A stretch of DNA of 45,166 nt from Candidatus Roizmanbacteria bacterium CG09_land_8_20_14_0_10_41_9. Its GTDB lineage: Bacteria > Patescibacteriota > Microgenomatia > UBA1406 > GWC2-37-13. The stretch is taken from contig PEZG01000057.1 in assembly GCA_002774185.1 (NCBI GenBank), positions 1 to 45,166 on the forward strand, given 5' to 3'. Made by a program: the position numbers and the translations under genes. This document shows, piece by piece, positions 1 to 9,972 of the stretch; the first letter of the stretch is position 1, and every line of letters starts with the position of its first letter. The notes below the pieces were generated by a model. It worked only from the letters and a program-made list of their open reading frames with translations. It had not been told where the DNA came from and made no database searches.

Positions 1-16
1 AGGATCCTTTTGGCAT
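1..16 (-). CDS. 5' end of a gene running off the window start (MPKGS...)
   Basis: ATG at 16 preceded on the - strand by TGC-TATACT (28-23) with a 6-nt gap; only 5 codons visible. Confidence 0.35.
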
Positions 17-50
17 ACACTCAGTATAGCAAATGGTGTATAATGAAAAA

Positions 51-127
51 AATTCAGAATTTAGAATTAAAAATTAAGAATTCTTAATTTTTAATCATTT
101 TTAACTCTCAATTATTAATTCTCGATT
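51..127. repeat. Palindromic degenerate heptamer array upstream of rnj
   Basis: AATTCAG-AATTTAG-AATTAAA-AATTAAG followed by mirror units CTTAATT-TTTAATC...CTCAATT-ATTAATT-CTCGATT. Confidence 0.7.
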
Positions 128-133
128 ATTCTC

Positions 134-1804
134 ATGACCGCATATAAACTTCACTTTGTTCCTCTGGGTGGCATCACGGGCGTTACAAAAAACATGTATC
201 TATACGAACTCTACGAGAATGAAACTCTAAAAGACATTCTTATTGTAGATTGTGGTATTGGTTTTCCTCAAGAAAAAGAATTCGGCGTTGATTTTGTTAT
301 TCCCGACATTTCTTACCTAAAGGGCAAGACGGATAAGATTCGGGCAGTGTTACTCACCCACGGCCACGAAGATCACATTTCCGCCCTCCCCTACCATTAC
401 AACGAACTGGGAAAACCCCAAATTTTCTCCAGCAAGTTAACTGTGGCATTTATTGAAAATAAATTCAAAGAATTTAACCAGAATATTCGGGTGAACCAGG
501 TGCAGTACACGAAAGAATATGCGTTGGGAAATTTCAGGGTGTTTTTCTTTCCCATAACCCATTCCATCCCCGATGCGATGCATATCTTAATAAAAACGCC
601 TGTTGGAAATATCTATCATGCTGCAGATTTTAAACTTGACCTAACTCCTCCCTACGGAAAACCGCCAGACTTTTATTCCATCTCAAAGGCAGGTCATGAC
701 GGGATACTGTGTCTTTTGTCCGATAGTTTGGGAGCAGAGCGTGAAGGGTTAACTCTTTCGGAAAACATTGTCGGACAGACATTTGAAGATGAGATGAGAA
801 AAACAAAAGGTAAATTCATCATGACAACGTTTTCCTCAAATATTTCAAGGATTCGGCAGTGTGTGGAAGCTGCGGTAAAATTTAACCGGAAAATTCTTTT
901 CATGGGACGCTCCATGAAAGAAAACACTACCATAGCTAAAGAGATTGGATATCTTCCTATCCCCCATGATTTCTTATTGAAGGAAGATCAAGTATTGCGT
1001 CTTGCGCCCAATAGGGTGTGTCTTATTGTGGCCGGCTCCCAAGGTCAATATGATTCAGCGCTTTCAAAGCTTGCGCAAAAGCAGAACCCAAATATTAAAA
1101 TAAAACCTGGTGACAAAGTCATCTTCTCATCCGATCCTATTCCGGGAAATGAACAGGAAGTGTACTCGCTGATTGAGGAACTATCTTTGCAGGGAGCAGA
1201 CGTAATCTATTCGGATATTGAAGATCAACTTCACGCTTCAGGACATGGCAACCAAGAGGATTTGAAGTTCCTCGTCCGCTTCACGAATCCAAAATTTTTT
1301 ATACCGATCGGTGGAACGATACGTCATCAACGGCAATACCAGCGGATTGTGGAAGAGATGGGATACCAAAAAGAAACCGTGTTCCTTTTGACTGAAGGAG
1401 AAACCATGTGGTTTACACCGAATAAAGCCTTGCGTGGAGACGATGTTGAAACCAAAAACATCTTTGTAGATGCGTATGGAATAGGAGACGTAGGAAATAT
1501 AGTGCTTCGTGATAGGAAAACGCTTTCTTCCGAAGGCATGGTCGTGGCGGTTCTTGTGCTGGATAATCAAATGAAACTCACAGCGAAACCTCGAATTTTA
1601 TCTAGAGGTTTTGTGTATGAGAAAGAAGAAGAACAACTATATAACACAGCGGTTTCGGTGATAGAGAATGTATTGAAGCCAAAGTCCGGAAGAGTTATGG
1701 ATTTTACTGCAGTTCGAAGAGAAGTAATTGATACTCTTGAAGACTACTTTTTTAAGGAAAAAGGAAGAAAACCCCTGATTGTTGTTGAAATAATTCAAGT
1801 ATGA
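134..1804 (+). CDS. rnj: Ribonuclease J (metallo-beta-lactamase / beta-CASP)
   Basis: PLGG start, HGHEDH motif, THSIPD, HASGH, C-terminal VLRDR..LS..G; 556 aa. Confidence 0.95.
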   Translation: MTAYKLHFVPLGGITGVTKNMYLYELYENETLKDILIVDCGIGFPQEKEFGVDFVIPDISYLKGKTDKIRAVLLTHGHEDHISALPYHYNELGKPQIFSSKLTVAFIENKFKEFNQNIRVNQVQYTKEYALGNFRVFFFPITHSIPDAMHILIKTPVGNIYHAADFKLDLTPPYGKPPDFYSISKAGHDGILCLLSDSLGAEREGLTLSENIVGQTFEDEMRKTKGKFIMTTFSSNISRIRQCVEAAVKFNRKILFMGRSMKENTTIAKEIGYLPIPHDFLLKEDQVLRLAPNRVCLIVAGSQGQYDSALSKLAQKQNPNIKIKPGDKVIFSSDPIPGNEQEVYSLIEELSLQGADVIYSDIEDQLHASGHGNQEDLKFLVRFTNPKFFIPIGGTIRHQRQYQRIVEEMGYQKETVFLLTEGETMWFTPNKALRGDDVETKNIFVDAYGIGDVGNIVLRDRKTLSSEGMVVAVLVLDNQMKLTAKPRILSRGFVYEKEEEQLYNTAVSVIENVLKPKSGRVMDFTAVRREVIDTLEDYFFKEKGRKPLIVVEIIQV

Positions 1805-2424
1805 GCAATTTTCCTCCCAGTTTAAGACAAATCGCTTTTTTTTTGGAACGGCTCCCTGGGATCGGAGAAAAAACCGCAAACAGACTCGCCTTCTTCTTTC
1901 TCCATTTGCCTGAACGGGATCTAAAGGAGTTTGCTTCGTATGTTTCGCAGCTTAAGACGAAAATAAAACTGTGCCATATTTGTCTTAATGTGACAGAAAA
2001 AGATGTCTGCGACATCTGTTCCGATCCGAAAAGGGATAAGCACATAATAACCGTAGTTGAAGAAGTTCTTGATCTGATTTCTTTTGAGACCGGTGATATT
2101 TACCAAGGCGTGTACCACGTCCTCCACGGTAAAATTGATCCTTTAAATCACATTGCTCCAGAAGATATCCACATTGATGATCTTCTGGATCGGGTCGAAA
2201 AAGAAAAAAAATCTGTGAGAGAAATCATTCTGGCGACCAATCCTGACATGGAGGGAGAGGCAACCGCAATGTTCATCCGTAACAAGCTCAAAGAACTGAA
2301 AAAGAATCTAAAACTTACATTCAGCATTACCCGCCTAGGGTATGGTCTTCCGATCGGGGCAAATCTCGAATATGCAGACTATATGACCCTTCGGAAAGCG
2401 ATTGAGAACAGAAACAAATACTGA
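1801..2424 (+). CDS. recR: Recombination protein RecR
   Basis: LPGIGEKTA HhH, CxxC-CxxC zinc finger, YHVLHG, Toprim EIILATNP..EGEATA; ATGA overlap with rnj. Confidence 0.95.
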   Translation: MSNFPPSLRQIAFFLERLPGIGEKTANRLAFFFLHLPERDLKEFASYVSQLKTKIKLCHICLNVTEKDVCDICSDPKRDKHIITVVEEVLDLISFETGDIYQGVYHVLHGKIDPLNHIAPEDIHIDDLLDRVEKEKKSVREIILATNPDMEGEATAMFIRNKLKELKKNLKLTFSITRLGYGLPIGANLEYADYMTLRKAIENRNKY

Positions 2425-2433
2425 CCCGTTACC

Positions 2434-3351
2434 CTATTTTTTCTCAAACTCCTCAACTATCAATGGAGCTATGGAAACTTCATACAGTTTTGGGATTTTT
2501 TGATGTTTAGCTAGTTGAATCGTATTCGTGGTGAATAGTTTCACGAGACGGGAATCTTGAATAACCTCATGGGCTTTTTCGGTAAAATCATGGTGAACAA
2601 TCACGGCATATATGTCATCCGCACCTCTTTCAAGGCACAAATCCACCGCATTAATCAATGTTTTCCCCGAGGTGACCACATCATCCACCAAGATAACGGT
2701 TTTTCCTCTAACATCTCCGTAGAGGTCAAGTGCTTTTGATGCATGGATTTTTTCCAAATCCCTCCTTTTTTCAATGATGCTTAAGTGAAAATCATTCGTG
2801 CCAAAAAAGTAATATCCGAATTTTCGAGCCCGTTCAATACCACCCTGATCTGGAGATACGATCGATACCGCGTGCGCGGATTTTATTTCTTTCCTTGCAG
2901 TTTTCGCAAGTAGTTCAAGAGCGGAGAGATTTTTGAACGGGATAGAAAACACTCCCGCAGTTCCATCGTCATGTAAATCGATCGTGTATATCTTATAAAA
3001 TCCGATGGATTCCAGAAATCGGATAATTACATTCACAGAGATGCATTCGCCTGGCCTATGCTGGATATCCTGTCGAGCATAACCAAAGTAGGGAATGATC
3101 CCTATTACTTTTTTAGCTTCTTCCCTCCGCAACGCGTCACAAAAGAAGAATAGCTCCATCAGGTGAGTATCCGTAGGATTAGACGTGGATTGAACAATCA
3201 AACAAAGCTCATTTTTTACCTCTTCATCTATACGCACTCTGACTTCAGAATTGCCGAATCGTACGACCTCGGACCCTGAGATGGGAATATGTAGCATGCC
3301 CGATACTTCCTTTGCTAATCCTTCATGGGAAGTTCCGGAAAATAATCTCAT
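2434..3351 (-). CDS. prs: Ribose-phosphate pyrophosphokinase
   Basis: PYFGYARQD, SPDQGG..RA, PRPP-binding VDDVVTSGKT; SD GGAGGT upstream. Confidence 0.95.
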   Translation of the reverse strand: MRLFSGTSHEGLAKEVSGMLHIPISGSEVVRFGNSEVRVRIDEEVKNELCLIVQSTSNPTDTHLMELFFFCDALRREEAKKVIGIIPYFGYARQDIQHRPGECISVNVIIRFLESIGFYKIYTIDLHDDGTAGVFSIPFKNLSALELLAKTARKEIKSAHAVSIVSPDQGGIERARKFGYYFFGTNDFHLSIIEKRRDLEKIHASKALDLYGDVRGKTVILVDDVVTSGKTLINAVDLCLERGADDIYAVIVHHDFTEKAHEVIQDSRLVKLFTTNTIQLAKHQKIPKLYEVSIAPLIVEEFEKK

Positions 3352-3605
3352 AGTTGACTTACCTCCATTAATTTCTTTGCGGCGAGCTCCTGAGTTTTTT
3401 TTACGGCTTCGTTTACCGCCTCGGCGATTCTATTCTCAATCACTCCATCTACTTCAACTTCGAAAACCACCTGGTCGCCGCGCATATTGACGCGTACGCC
3501 ATTTTTCTCTACCTGTACGTATTCTTTCTGCAATTCCTGTTGCATTTTTTGGGCCTGCTGCTGAAGTTTCCTCATATCCCCAATTGCACCAAATGGATTC
3601 ATCAT
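3348..3605 (-). CDS. ybaB: YbaB/EbfC nucleoid-associated protein
   Basis: 85 aa, QQAQKMQ..L and AVNEAV pattern, directly downstream of dnaX. Confidence 0.85.
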   Translation of the reverse strand: MMNPFGAIGDMRKLQQQAQKMQQELQKEYVQVEKNGVRVNMRGDQVVFEVEVDGVIENRIAEAVNEAVKKTQELAAKKLMEVSQL

Positions 3606-3619
3606 AGAGTGTCTTTTAC

Positions 3620-4669
3620 CTAATGGTCAACTACTCTCCTATTATAGAATTCAGCAATCGATATCTCAAGGGGTAACGATTCAATAGGCGATGCCCGTAA
3701 ATCTCCGTAAGCCTGCATCAATAATTTTATGAGAAGTAAAATTTCTTGCGTGGAAAGGTGAGTAATGATAGTGTTTTCTCCAATTCCCTTCGTGTGCAAA
3801 AATGCTTCATGTAATTCCTCCAGTATGTTCTCAATGAGGAATTTGAAATTGCCTCCTCCTTGAGAAAACTCTTCTATCCATGCAAGTGTAGTTTTCAAGT
3901 CTTTTTGATCGATAATCTCCAGAAGATTATTTTTCCCCCGTATCCCAAGGTATTTTTCAACATCCTGGAGTTTGGAAATCTTTTGCATCGAAATCTCCTC
4001 CAGTATCTTAGCCGCATCTCTAAATGAGTGTTCTGAATACTGAGCAATCATTTGAAGAATGTTCTCTTCCAGTTGGATATTTTCATTCTTAACAATCCGT
4101 TTCAACATACGGATGATGTCATCTTTGCGAGCAATGCCAAAATTCACCTTCACGCATCTTGACACGATTGTTTTGGGAACCTTTTCTAGGTTGGTGGTGG
4201 CAAGGATAAAAATGGTAGTATCGGGAGGCTCTTCCAAGGTTTTCAACAGCGCATTGAATCCGTCGGGGGTAATCATATGGGCTTCATCGATGATGAAGAC
4301 TCTGTACCGCCCCGACATAGGAAGAAATGCAGTTTCTTTGATGAGGTTTTTTACTTCCTCGATCCCACGGTTGGATGCCGCATCCATCTCGAAGACATCC
4401 GTAAAAGAAGACGAGGCGATACTGAGGCAGTTGCGGCATTTGTTGCACGGTTCAATTGACGAATTTTTTTTGGAACCCAATGCATTATTCAAACAATTTA
4501 CGGCCTTTGAAAAAATTCGTGCGGCGGACGTTTTACCCGTACCTTTTTGCCCAACAAAGAGGAGTGCATGGGGTAAATCCTTTGATTCCAGGATTTTTTT
4601 TAAGGTCGAAGTAACCCTAGAATTGTCAATTTCTTCTATGGTCCTGGGTCGATAGGTAAGATAGAACAT
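3620..4669 (-). CDS. dnaX: DNA polymerase III subunit gamma/tau (short; domains I-III only)
   Basis: YRP, GQKGTGKTS, PC..C..C, DAASNRG, IIDEAH, NALLKTLEEPP, SRC. Confidence 0.95.
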   Translation of the reverse strand: MFYLTYRPRTIEEIDNSRVTSTLKKILESKDLPHALLFVGQKGTGKTSAARIFSKAVNCLNNALGSKKNSSIEPCNKCRNCLSIASSSFTDVFEMDAASNRGIEEVKNLIKETAFLPMSGRYRVFIIDEAHMITPDGFNALLKTLEEPPDTTIFILATTNLEKVPKTIVSRCVKVNFGIARKDDIIRMLKRIVKNENIQLEENILQMIAQYSEHSFRDAAKILEEISMQKISKLQDVEKYLGIRGKNNLLEIIDQKDLKTTLAWIEEFSQGGGNFKFLIENILEELHEAFLHTKGIGENTIITHLSTQEILLLIKLLMQAYGDLRASPIESLPLEISIAEFYNRRVVDH

Positions 4670-4694
4670 AAATACAACTCAAAACTTCTGCGCT

Positions 4695-5048
4695 CTATTC
4701 ATTCAAAATGTTTTCAATGCCGTGTCTGATAAGTTTTGTGATGGTCTCGTCTACCCTTCTTTCTCTTTCTGCAGCCAACAGGATAGCTTGAGGATAACAA
4801 ATGACGATCTCTCCCATAAGTTTTCCATCCGATTGTGCCTCTTTGGAGTAATCGAAAGATAATACCGGGAGAGCAACTTCCTCGTTCTTATATTTTTTGG
4901 AGATGGTTTTCATCTTATTACGTCCGACGAATACAATATTGAGAATCAGATCGGGTGACACCTCATATGCATCCAAAATGTCTTGGGCTTCTTTCCGTAT
5001 TTTTCTTCGATTTATTTTATACCTTGACGAAGTAACGATATATATCAT
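4695..5048 (-). CDS. ybeY: rRNA maturation RNase YbeY (divergent)
   Basis: VLSF, GEIVIC, LIRHG; only the first His of HGxLHxxGxDH is present. Confidence 0.75.
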   Translation of the reverse strand: MIYIVTSSRYKINRRKIRKEAQDILDAYEVSPDLILNIVFVGRNKMKTISKKYKNEEVALPVLSFDYSKEAQSDGKLMGEIVICYPQAILLAAERERRVDETITKLIRHGIENILNE

Positions 5049-5260
5049 GGTCTATGCCTTTGAGAAAATTTCGGATATACGCTTCTTTTCCCCCTATTTT
5101 TTAACCGTTCCTTCTCTTTTTCTTTCCGCAGAAGAGAGGGCTTTTTGTAGAATTGCCTTTTCCGAACGTCATCCACGATATTTTCATCGATAAAAGATCG
5201 TGTAAATTTACGAAATAAGCTGTCTTTCGACTCTCCTTTTTTCTTAATAATTACTACCAT
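5045..5260 (-). CDS. rpsU: 30S ribosomal protein S21
   Basis: GES.DSLFRKF..., FYKKPS..R; start moved to ATG 5260, which follows SD GGGGAGGTG. Confidence 0.85.
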   Translation of the reverse strand: MVVIIKKKGESKDSLFRKFTRSFIDENIVDDVRKRQFYKKPSLLRKEKEKERLKNRGKRSVYPKFSQRHRP

Positions 5261-5316
5261 AACTACACCTCCCCTCACTACAAACATGACATACACGTTT
5301 GGTGCTATTGATTGTA

Positions 5317-6153
5317 TTAAATTTCGCGGATGATTTCAATCAGTCTTTTAAGGGAGATGACCGAAGGAATCAGGGTGGGATTTTTTGAAGAACCGTTTAG
5401 GAGCATATTTGTTGAAATATGGAGAAACCATGAGGCTTTTCTGTCTTCAAATGCGAGTTTTTTATAAAGAGGGGTCAAATCTAATTTTTTCTGGGGGAGG
5501 GTTTTTATCCGGATGTTCCCTCTTATTGGGTCCTTTCTCGCGACAAAAGAGAAACCCATCTTTAGCGCAAGTTTCATTGCTTCTTCGTTCTCGGTTCCCA
5601 TAATCAAAGATCGTCCCCATTTGGATTGAAACACGTATCCCTTCTTGATTTCTTCCTCAGCGGCCACCTTTTTTCTGAAAATCTGGAATGTTGCGCTCAG
5701 GAGCGTGTGTGAAGCAGTGCATACTTTTGCGTCATCTCTTTCAACGTATTTCAAACCTTCAACAAGTTGATGAAGGCATAGGTCATATCGATCGTCTGTC
5801 GGATCAGGAAAATATGCTTCAGCAAAGTGATCGAGTTCATTCACCACATGAACCAACCGTTCAAGTGGAACAACAACCTTTCTTTCTAAGTGATGATTTC
5901 TTAATAGGTGCTCATAGATTAATTTCGTTGCTGATGTTCGAAGGGGTTTTTGGTGATGGTCGAACACGCCCAATCCAGTGTCCACGTGGATAATATTGGG
6001 ATTTGTGTCAACAGGCCCATTTTCATAAGTAGAACCCGCTGGGACAAATTGAAGTTGTGCCTTATCCCAACCAGGAAGAAAAGTTTTGATAAGCCAACAC
6101 CCCGTAACCGCATCAAGGTCAGGCGACGTATGGGTAACAAGTGTTTTTATCAT
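5317..6153 (-). CDS. DHH-superfamily / MYG1-like phosphoesterase
   Basis: THTSPDLD, HVDTG, FDHHQ motifs. Confidence 0.6.
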   Translation of the reverse strand: MIKTLVTHTSPDLDAVTGCWLIKTFLPGWDKAQLQFVPAGSTYENGPVDTNPNIIHVDTGLGVFDHHQKPLRTSATKLIYEHLLRNHHLERKVVVPLERLVHVVNELDHFAEAYFPDPTDDRYDLCLHQLVEGLKYVERDDAKVCTASHTLLSATFQIFRKKVAAEEEIKKGYVFQSKWGRSLIMGTENEEAMKLALKMGFSFVARKDPIRGNIRIKTLPQKKLDLTPLYKKLAFEDRKASWFLHISTNMLLNGSSKNPTLIPSVISLKRLIEIIREI

Positions 6154-6171
6154 GATGTGAGTACCGCATGA

Positions 6172-6741
6172 CTACTTCTTATTGATAATGATTCTACCAT
6201 GATCGTATCCTAACGCATCCAAAACTTTACCTACCGTTTCCATTTGACCCGATGAAAATGTATCGATGACCAAATGGTAGTATTTTGGGTCAAGAAAATT
6301 GTAATTCCCATAAATCCGTTTCCATTCACGGAAATTATCTTCCTCTCTTTTTTTAATAATCTCCTTCGCCTGTTCAATTGTTGTGGTGTCCCGATTCGCA
6401 ACACGGTCAATCCGTATCGCATCGTTATCACATATCAGGAGGATCCGTAACGTATTGTTAAGATCGCGCGCTACAAATCCGCTAAGCCATGCCTCGATAA
6501 CATAGTGTCCTTCGTTTATTAGAAGGTCCCTCGTTCTTTGATCGATCTTGTGATGGAACTTATCTTCGACAAGACTGGCGCGGGGAAGTTTATTTTCGCG
6601 TGTAAAATCCCTCAATAGTTGTCCTCCTGATGTGAATTTCCATCCATAGGGTTCAAGATATGGCTTGAGATTGTTCATGAGAGTGTTTTTCCCAACGGCA
6701 ATTCCTCCAGAAATAGTGACATTTTGAAATTTGAGTTTCAT
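6172..6741 (-). CDS. Cytidylate kinase-like nucleotide kinase (archaeal-type Cmk)
   Basis: ITISGGIAVGKNT P-loop, SGGQLLR, R..RV..RD, YHLVIDT. Confidence 0.75.
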   Translation of the reverse strand: MKLKFQNVTISGGIAVGKNTLMNNLKPYLEPYGWKFTSGGQLLRDFTRENKLPRASLVEDKFHHKIDQRTRDLLINEGHYVIEAWLSGFVARDLNNTLRILLICDNDAIRIDRVANRDTTTIEQAKEIIKKREEDNFREWKRIYGNYNFLDPKYYHLVIDTFSSGQMETVGKVLDALGYDHGRIIINKK

Positions 6742-6743
6742 AT

Positions 6744-7814
6744 CTATCTATAAATTTGTATTATATCACGGATAGTGATCAGAATGGCGATTGACAAAAG
6801 GATTGCGAGTCCAAGCACGTTCAGATTTCTCTCGATGCGTTCGTTTACCCTTTTTTTCCTAACCCATTCATACAGAACAAAAGCCAATCTTCCACCGTCA
6901 AGCGCTGGAAATGGCAGAATATTGATGATTGCAAGATTGAGTGAAAGCAGTGCTACCAGTTCCAATACAGCGTTCTTTCCTATCCGGACAGCTTCACCCG
7001 TATACCTCGCGATTCCCACCGGTCCAGTAACATCAACGGCAGGAGCCTTAAGCGAGATGATTTGGACACTTATCCTGACTAATTCCACAGTAATCGTTCG
7101 AGTAATGTTAAAAGACTCAATAAGTCCATAGATGGGCGTCTCTATCAAGGAATATTTTTTTTCCTGGAAGGTTGTGATGACAATACCTAGAGGTCCTTGG
7201 TCAGCGGGATATTTTTTTCTAGGTATGATAGAGACACGTAGGATCTTTTCTCCTCTTTGGATTTCTAACGTAATCTCTTTGCCTGCAAATTGTTTGGTGA
7301 GCGGGAGGAGATTAGAGGTATCGTCAAGCGCGTACTCTTTATCTGCAATAAATTTTAAAATAATATCTTTTGGCTGTAATCTAGAGCTTTGGGCGGGTGA
7401 ATTTTTTTGTACTTTCTCAACAATGACATGCTTGGTTGGAACCGGTACTCCCTGAGTAAACAGGTAGGAGATGATGAGCCATCCCAACAGCAGATTTCCA
7501 ATGACGCCCGCAATGATGACAGAAGCCTTCTGCCAGGGTTTTTTGTAGACAAAAGAGCGTTTTTTAAGGTGAGGATCACTGTCTTTTTTTATCTCTTGAT
7601 ATTCTTCTCCAAACAATTTCACAAAACCACCAAATGGAAGCAGATTGATGCTATAAAGAGTTTCTCCCTTCCTCACTCCAAACAACCGTGGAGGAAGCCC
7701 AAATCCAAATTCTTCAACGCGGATGCCGTTTTTCTTTGCGGCTATGAAATGTCCAAACTCATGGACAAGGACGAGGACTCCAAGGATAATAAAAAAAACG
7801 AGCGCCGTGAGCAT
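6744..7814 (-). CDS. rseP: RseP-like M50 zinc metalloprotease with PDZ domain
   Basis: HEFGH, LPFGGFV, NILPFPALDGG; likely start ATG 7814 (upstream extension runs through a repeat). Confidence 0.9.
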   Translation of the reverse strand: MLTALVFFIILGVLVLVHEFGHFIAAKKNGIRVEEFGFGLPPRLFGVRKGETLYSINLLPFGGFVKLFGEEYQEIKKDSDPHLKKRSFVYKKPWQKASVIIAGVIGNLLLGWLIISYLFTQGVPVPTKHVIVEKVQKNSPAQSSRLQPKDIILKFIADKEYALDDTSNLLPLTKQFAGKEITLEIQRGEKILRVSIIPRKKYPADQGPLGIVITTFQEKKYSLIETPIYGLIESFNITRTITVELVRISVQIISLKAPAVDVTGPVGIARYTGEAVRIGKNAVLELVALLSLNLAIINILPFPALDGGRLAFVLYEWVRKKRVNERIERNLNVLGLAILLSIAILITIRDIIQIYR

Positions 7815-7830
7815 ATGATATACTAAACTA

Positions 7831-7899
7831 AATTGTTGAATTGTGCAATTGTTCGATTGTTGCAAAAACAATAGGAGCAATGGAGCAATTGAACAATGC
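7831..7899. repeat. Palindromic degenerate octamer array
   Basis: AATTGTTG-AATTGTGC-AATTGTTC-GATTGTTG then mirror units ACAATAGG/GCAATGGA/GCAATTGA/ACAATGCA. Confidence 0.7.
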
Positions 7900-7905
7900 A
7901 GGTTT

Positions 7906-8466
7906 TTATACTTCCATGATCTCCGACTCTTTCTTATCCTTCAATTCCTGGATTTCTTGCATAAGTTTTTGGGTCGTTGCATCAATCTCCTTTTCGATCC
8001 GGAACTTATCATCCTCGGTGATTTCTTTTATGAGGAGCGCATTTTTTACCTGTTTCCTTGTGTTATCACGGTGGTTGCGGACGATGTTCCTTTTTTCCTC
8101 AACAATCTGATTAATCAGTTTGAGAAGTTTGATTCGTTGCTCTTCTGAAAGGGGGGGGATTTTTACAAGGATTCTGCCCCCTTGCATAATGGGACTAATT
8201 CCGATGGGAGATTTCAAAATAGCTTTTTCAATATCCTGTAGAGTGCTTGGATCGAACGGAGTGATGGACAATGCGGAAGGACCATCCGTTGCAATACTAG
8301 CAAGCTCCAGGAGCCTTAATTTTGATTGTCCTCCATAGGCTTCTACAATGATGTTCTCGACAAATGAGGGGGAAGCGCGACCGGTTCGTATGGATTTCAA
8401 CTCTTCCTGCAAATGATGAAATACTGCTTGGATGGTATTTTTCAAATCATCAGTGACGTTTTTCAT
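7906..8466 (-). CDS. frr: Ribosome recycling factor
   Basis: IRTGRA, PPLSEEQR, VRNHR; ATGA-coupled to tsf (start 8466). Confidence 0.95.
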   Translation of the reverse strand: MKNVTDDLKNTIQAVFHHLQEELKSIRTGRASPSFVENIIVEAYGGQSKLRLLELASIATDGPSALSITPFDPSTLQDIEKAILKSPIGISPIMQGGRILVKIPPLSEEQRIKLLKLINQIVEEKRNIVRNHRDNTRKQVKNALLIKEITEDDKFRIEKEIDATTQKLMQEIQELKDKKESEIMEV

Positions 8467-8930
8467 ACAGATTCGGATTTCCCCAACTCCCACCTTAACA
8501 CTCTTCCTACCTTAATATTTTCTCCAAACTTAAGAACGGCCTCTTTTATGAGTGCGCTTATCGTTTTGCTCGGATCACGGATGTATTCTTGTTCCAGAAA
8601 ATCCCTTGCGTTTTTTGCCGGGATAGAGGCTGCCTGCATGCACAGTTCAACCCCTAGTTTTTTGAACTCCCTATTATTGGATACGAAATCAGTCTCACAA
8701 AAAAGCTCAACCATCGAAGCAACCTTATTATTATGATGCACATAGGAAAAGATTCCCCCTTGGGACGTGGTTCTTTCTGATTTCTCGCTCGCTTTTTTCG
8801 CTCCCCATGTATTGAGTAGTTTTTTAGATTCCTCTATGTTATTTTTCGTCTCTTCCAACGCTTTTTTGCATAAAGAGAACGATATACCTGTTTGTTCACG
8901 GAGTGATTTTAATTTCTTGTAGTCGACCAT
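8463..8930 (-). CDS. tsf: Elongation factor Ts (short form)
   Basis: LREQTG...CKKAL, ELFCETDFV, GENIKV; lies between rpsB and frr. Confidence 0.95.
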   Translation of the reverse strand: MVDYKKLKSLREQTGISFSLCKKALEETKNNIEESKKLLNTWGAKKASEKSERTTSQGGIFSYVHHNNKVASMVELFCETDFVSNNREFKKLGVELCMQAASIPAKNARDFLEQEYIRDPSKTISALIKEAVLKFGENIKVGRVLRWELGKSESV

Positions 8931-8951
8931 AGATTAAATAACCAATCCAAA

Positions 8952-9641
8952 TCATGCCTTTTCACCAGCACTGTATGCAAAAACGAGTTGATCTACAATA
9001 TACTCGATCGATGATTCTAAGTCGTCATTCGCCGGGATAGGGAAATCAACCGTGTCCGGGTCAACGTTCGTATCCGCAATAGCGATAACAGGGATCCCTT
9101 TCTCTCGACCTTCTTTCACTGCATTTTTTTCTTTTTTTACATCCACGACAAAGAGCGCATCAGGTAATTTTTGCATTTGGGATAGACCCCCATAGAATTT
9201 TTCAAGTTTATTCAGCTCCTTATTCATCTGGGTTTGCTCATGTTTGACAAACTTATTCCATTCTCCTTCTTCCCGTTCTTTTCGCATGGTGTTCATTTTT
9301 TTGACATTTTTCATGATCATTTCAAAGTTGGTGAATAATCCGGCAGGCCATTTAACCGTTATATAGGGAATTCCCTTATTTCTGCATAGTTCCTGGGTAT
9401 AGGTGGATGCTATTTTTTTTGTCACAACGACAAGAAGTACTTTTCCGTCTTTTTTCAGTTGGACGACGAATTTTTTAGCAGTTCCTAAAAGAGTGCTGGT
9501 TTGTGTAAGATCAATGATAGAGACGCCATGTTGAATGGTATAGATATATTTTTTTGCTTTTGGATGAACCCTGTTCGTTTTGTGTCCCAAATGCGAGCCT
9601 GCCTGAAACAGCTCTTCGATTTGTGTATCAACTTGAACCAT
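8952..9641 (-). CDS. rpsB: 30S ribosomal protein S2
   Basis: AGSHLGH, IIDL, W..GLFTN, DTN.DP..DFPIPANDD. Confidence 0.95.
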   Translation of the reverse strand: MVQVDTQIEELFQAGSHLGHKTNRVHPKAKKYIYTIQHGVSIIDLTQTSTLLGTAKKFVVQLKKDGKVLLVVVTKKIASTYTQELCRNKGIPYITVKWPAGLFTNFEMIMKNVKKMNTMRKEREEGEWNKFVKHEQTQMNKELNKLEKFYGGLSQMQKLPDALFVVDVKKEKNAVKEGREKGIPVIAIADTNVDPDTVDFPIPANDDLESSIEYIVDQLVFAYSAGEKA

Positions 9642-9649
9642 AATTTAAC

Positions 9650-9678
9650 ATTGTATCAGCAGAAGGTCACTTTTTCAA
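9650..9678 (-). promoter_or_regulatory. sigma70-type promoter of rpsB-tsf-frr (near-leaderless)
   Basis: TTGAAA-17-TACAAT, 8 nt before the ATG. Confidence 0.6.
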
Positions 9679-9972
9679 GAAGGTTTTTTTAAGTAATCTC
9701 ACCTGCTTATTGTTAGTAGCGGGTAACTAATTATGCGTTACCCTCCAATATTTTAACCTAAATATATCAGAAAACTTATTAAATAGATTCTATTTAAAAA
9801 GCAAAACAAATATATTTTATATTGAAGCAGATTTTGCTGTACAAGATATAAGAAAAGATCCTTAATGCTATTTCGTAAATGAAAAATTGTCTTTTCCTAA
9901 CGGTAGTATGAACTATATTATAAATAGCTACCTTGAGTTAGAACATTTACGAAGGTAAATTTGGTCTCTTAT

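Noticed and set aside
1801..4669. Broken dnaX-ybaB-recR synteny (recR inverted and coupled to rnj)
   Set aside because: This is a real but ordinary local rearrangement with no further signal.
3620..8930. Short DnaX and short EF-Ts as pseudogenes
   Set aside because: Core motifs are intact and both end cleanly within operons; short forms are consistent with a reduced genome.
9690..9972. AT-rich spacer as a replication origin or gene remnant
   Set aside because: No DnaA-box cluster or credible ORF was seen; it is most likely the edge of the AT-rich epimerase island.
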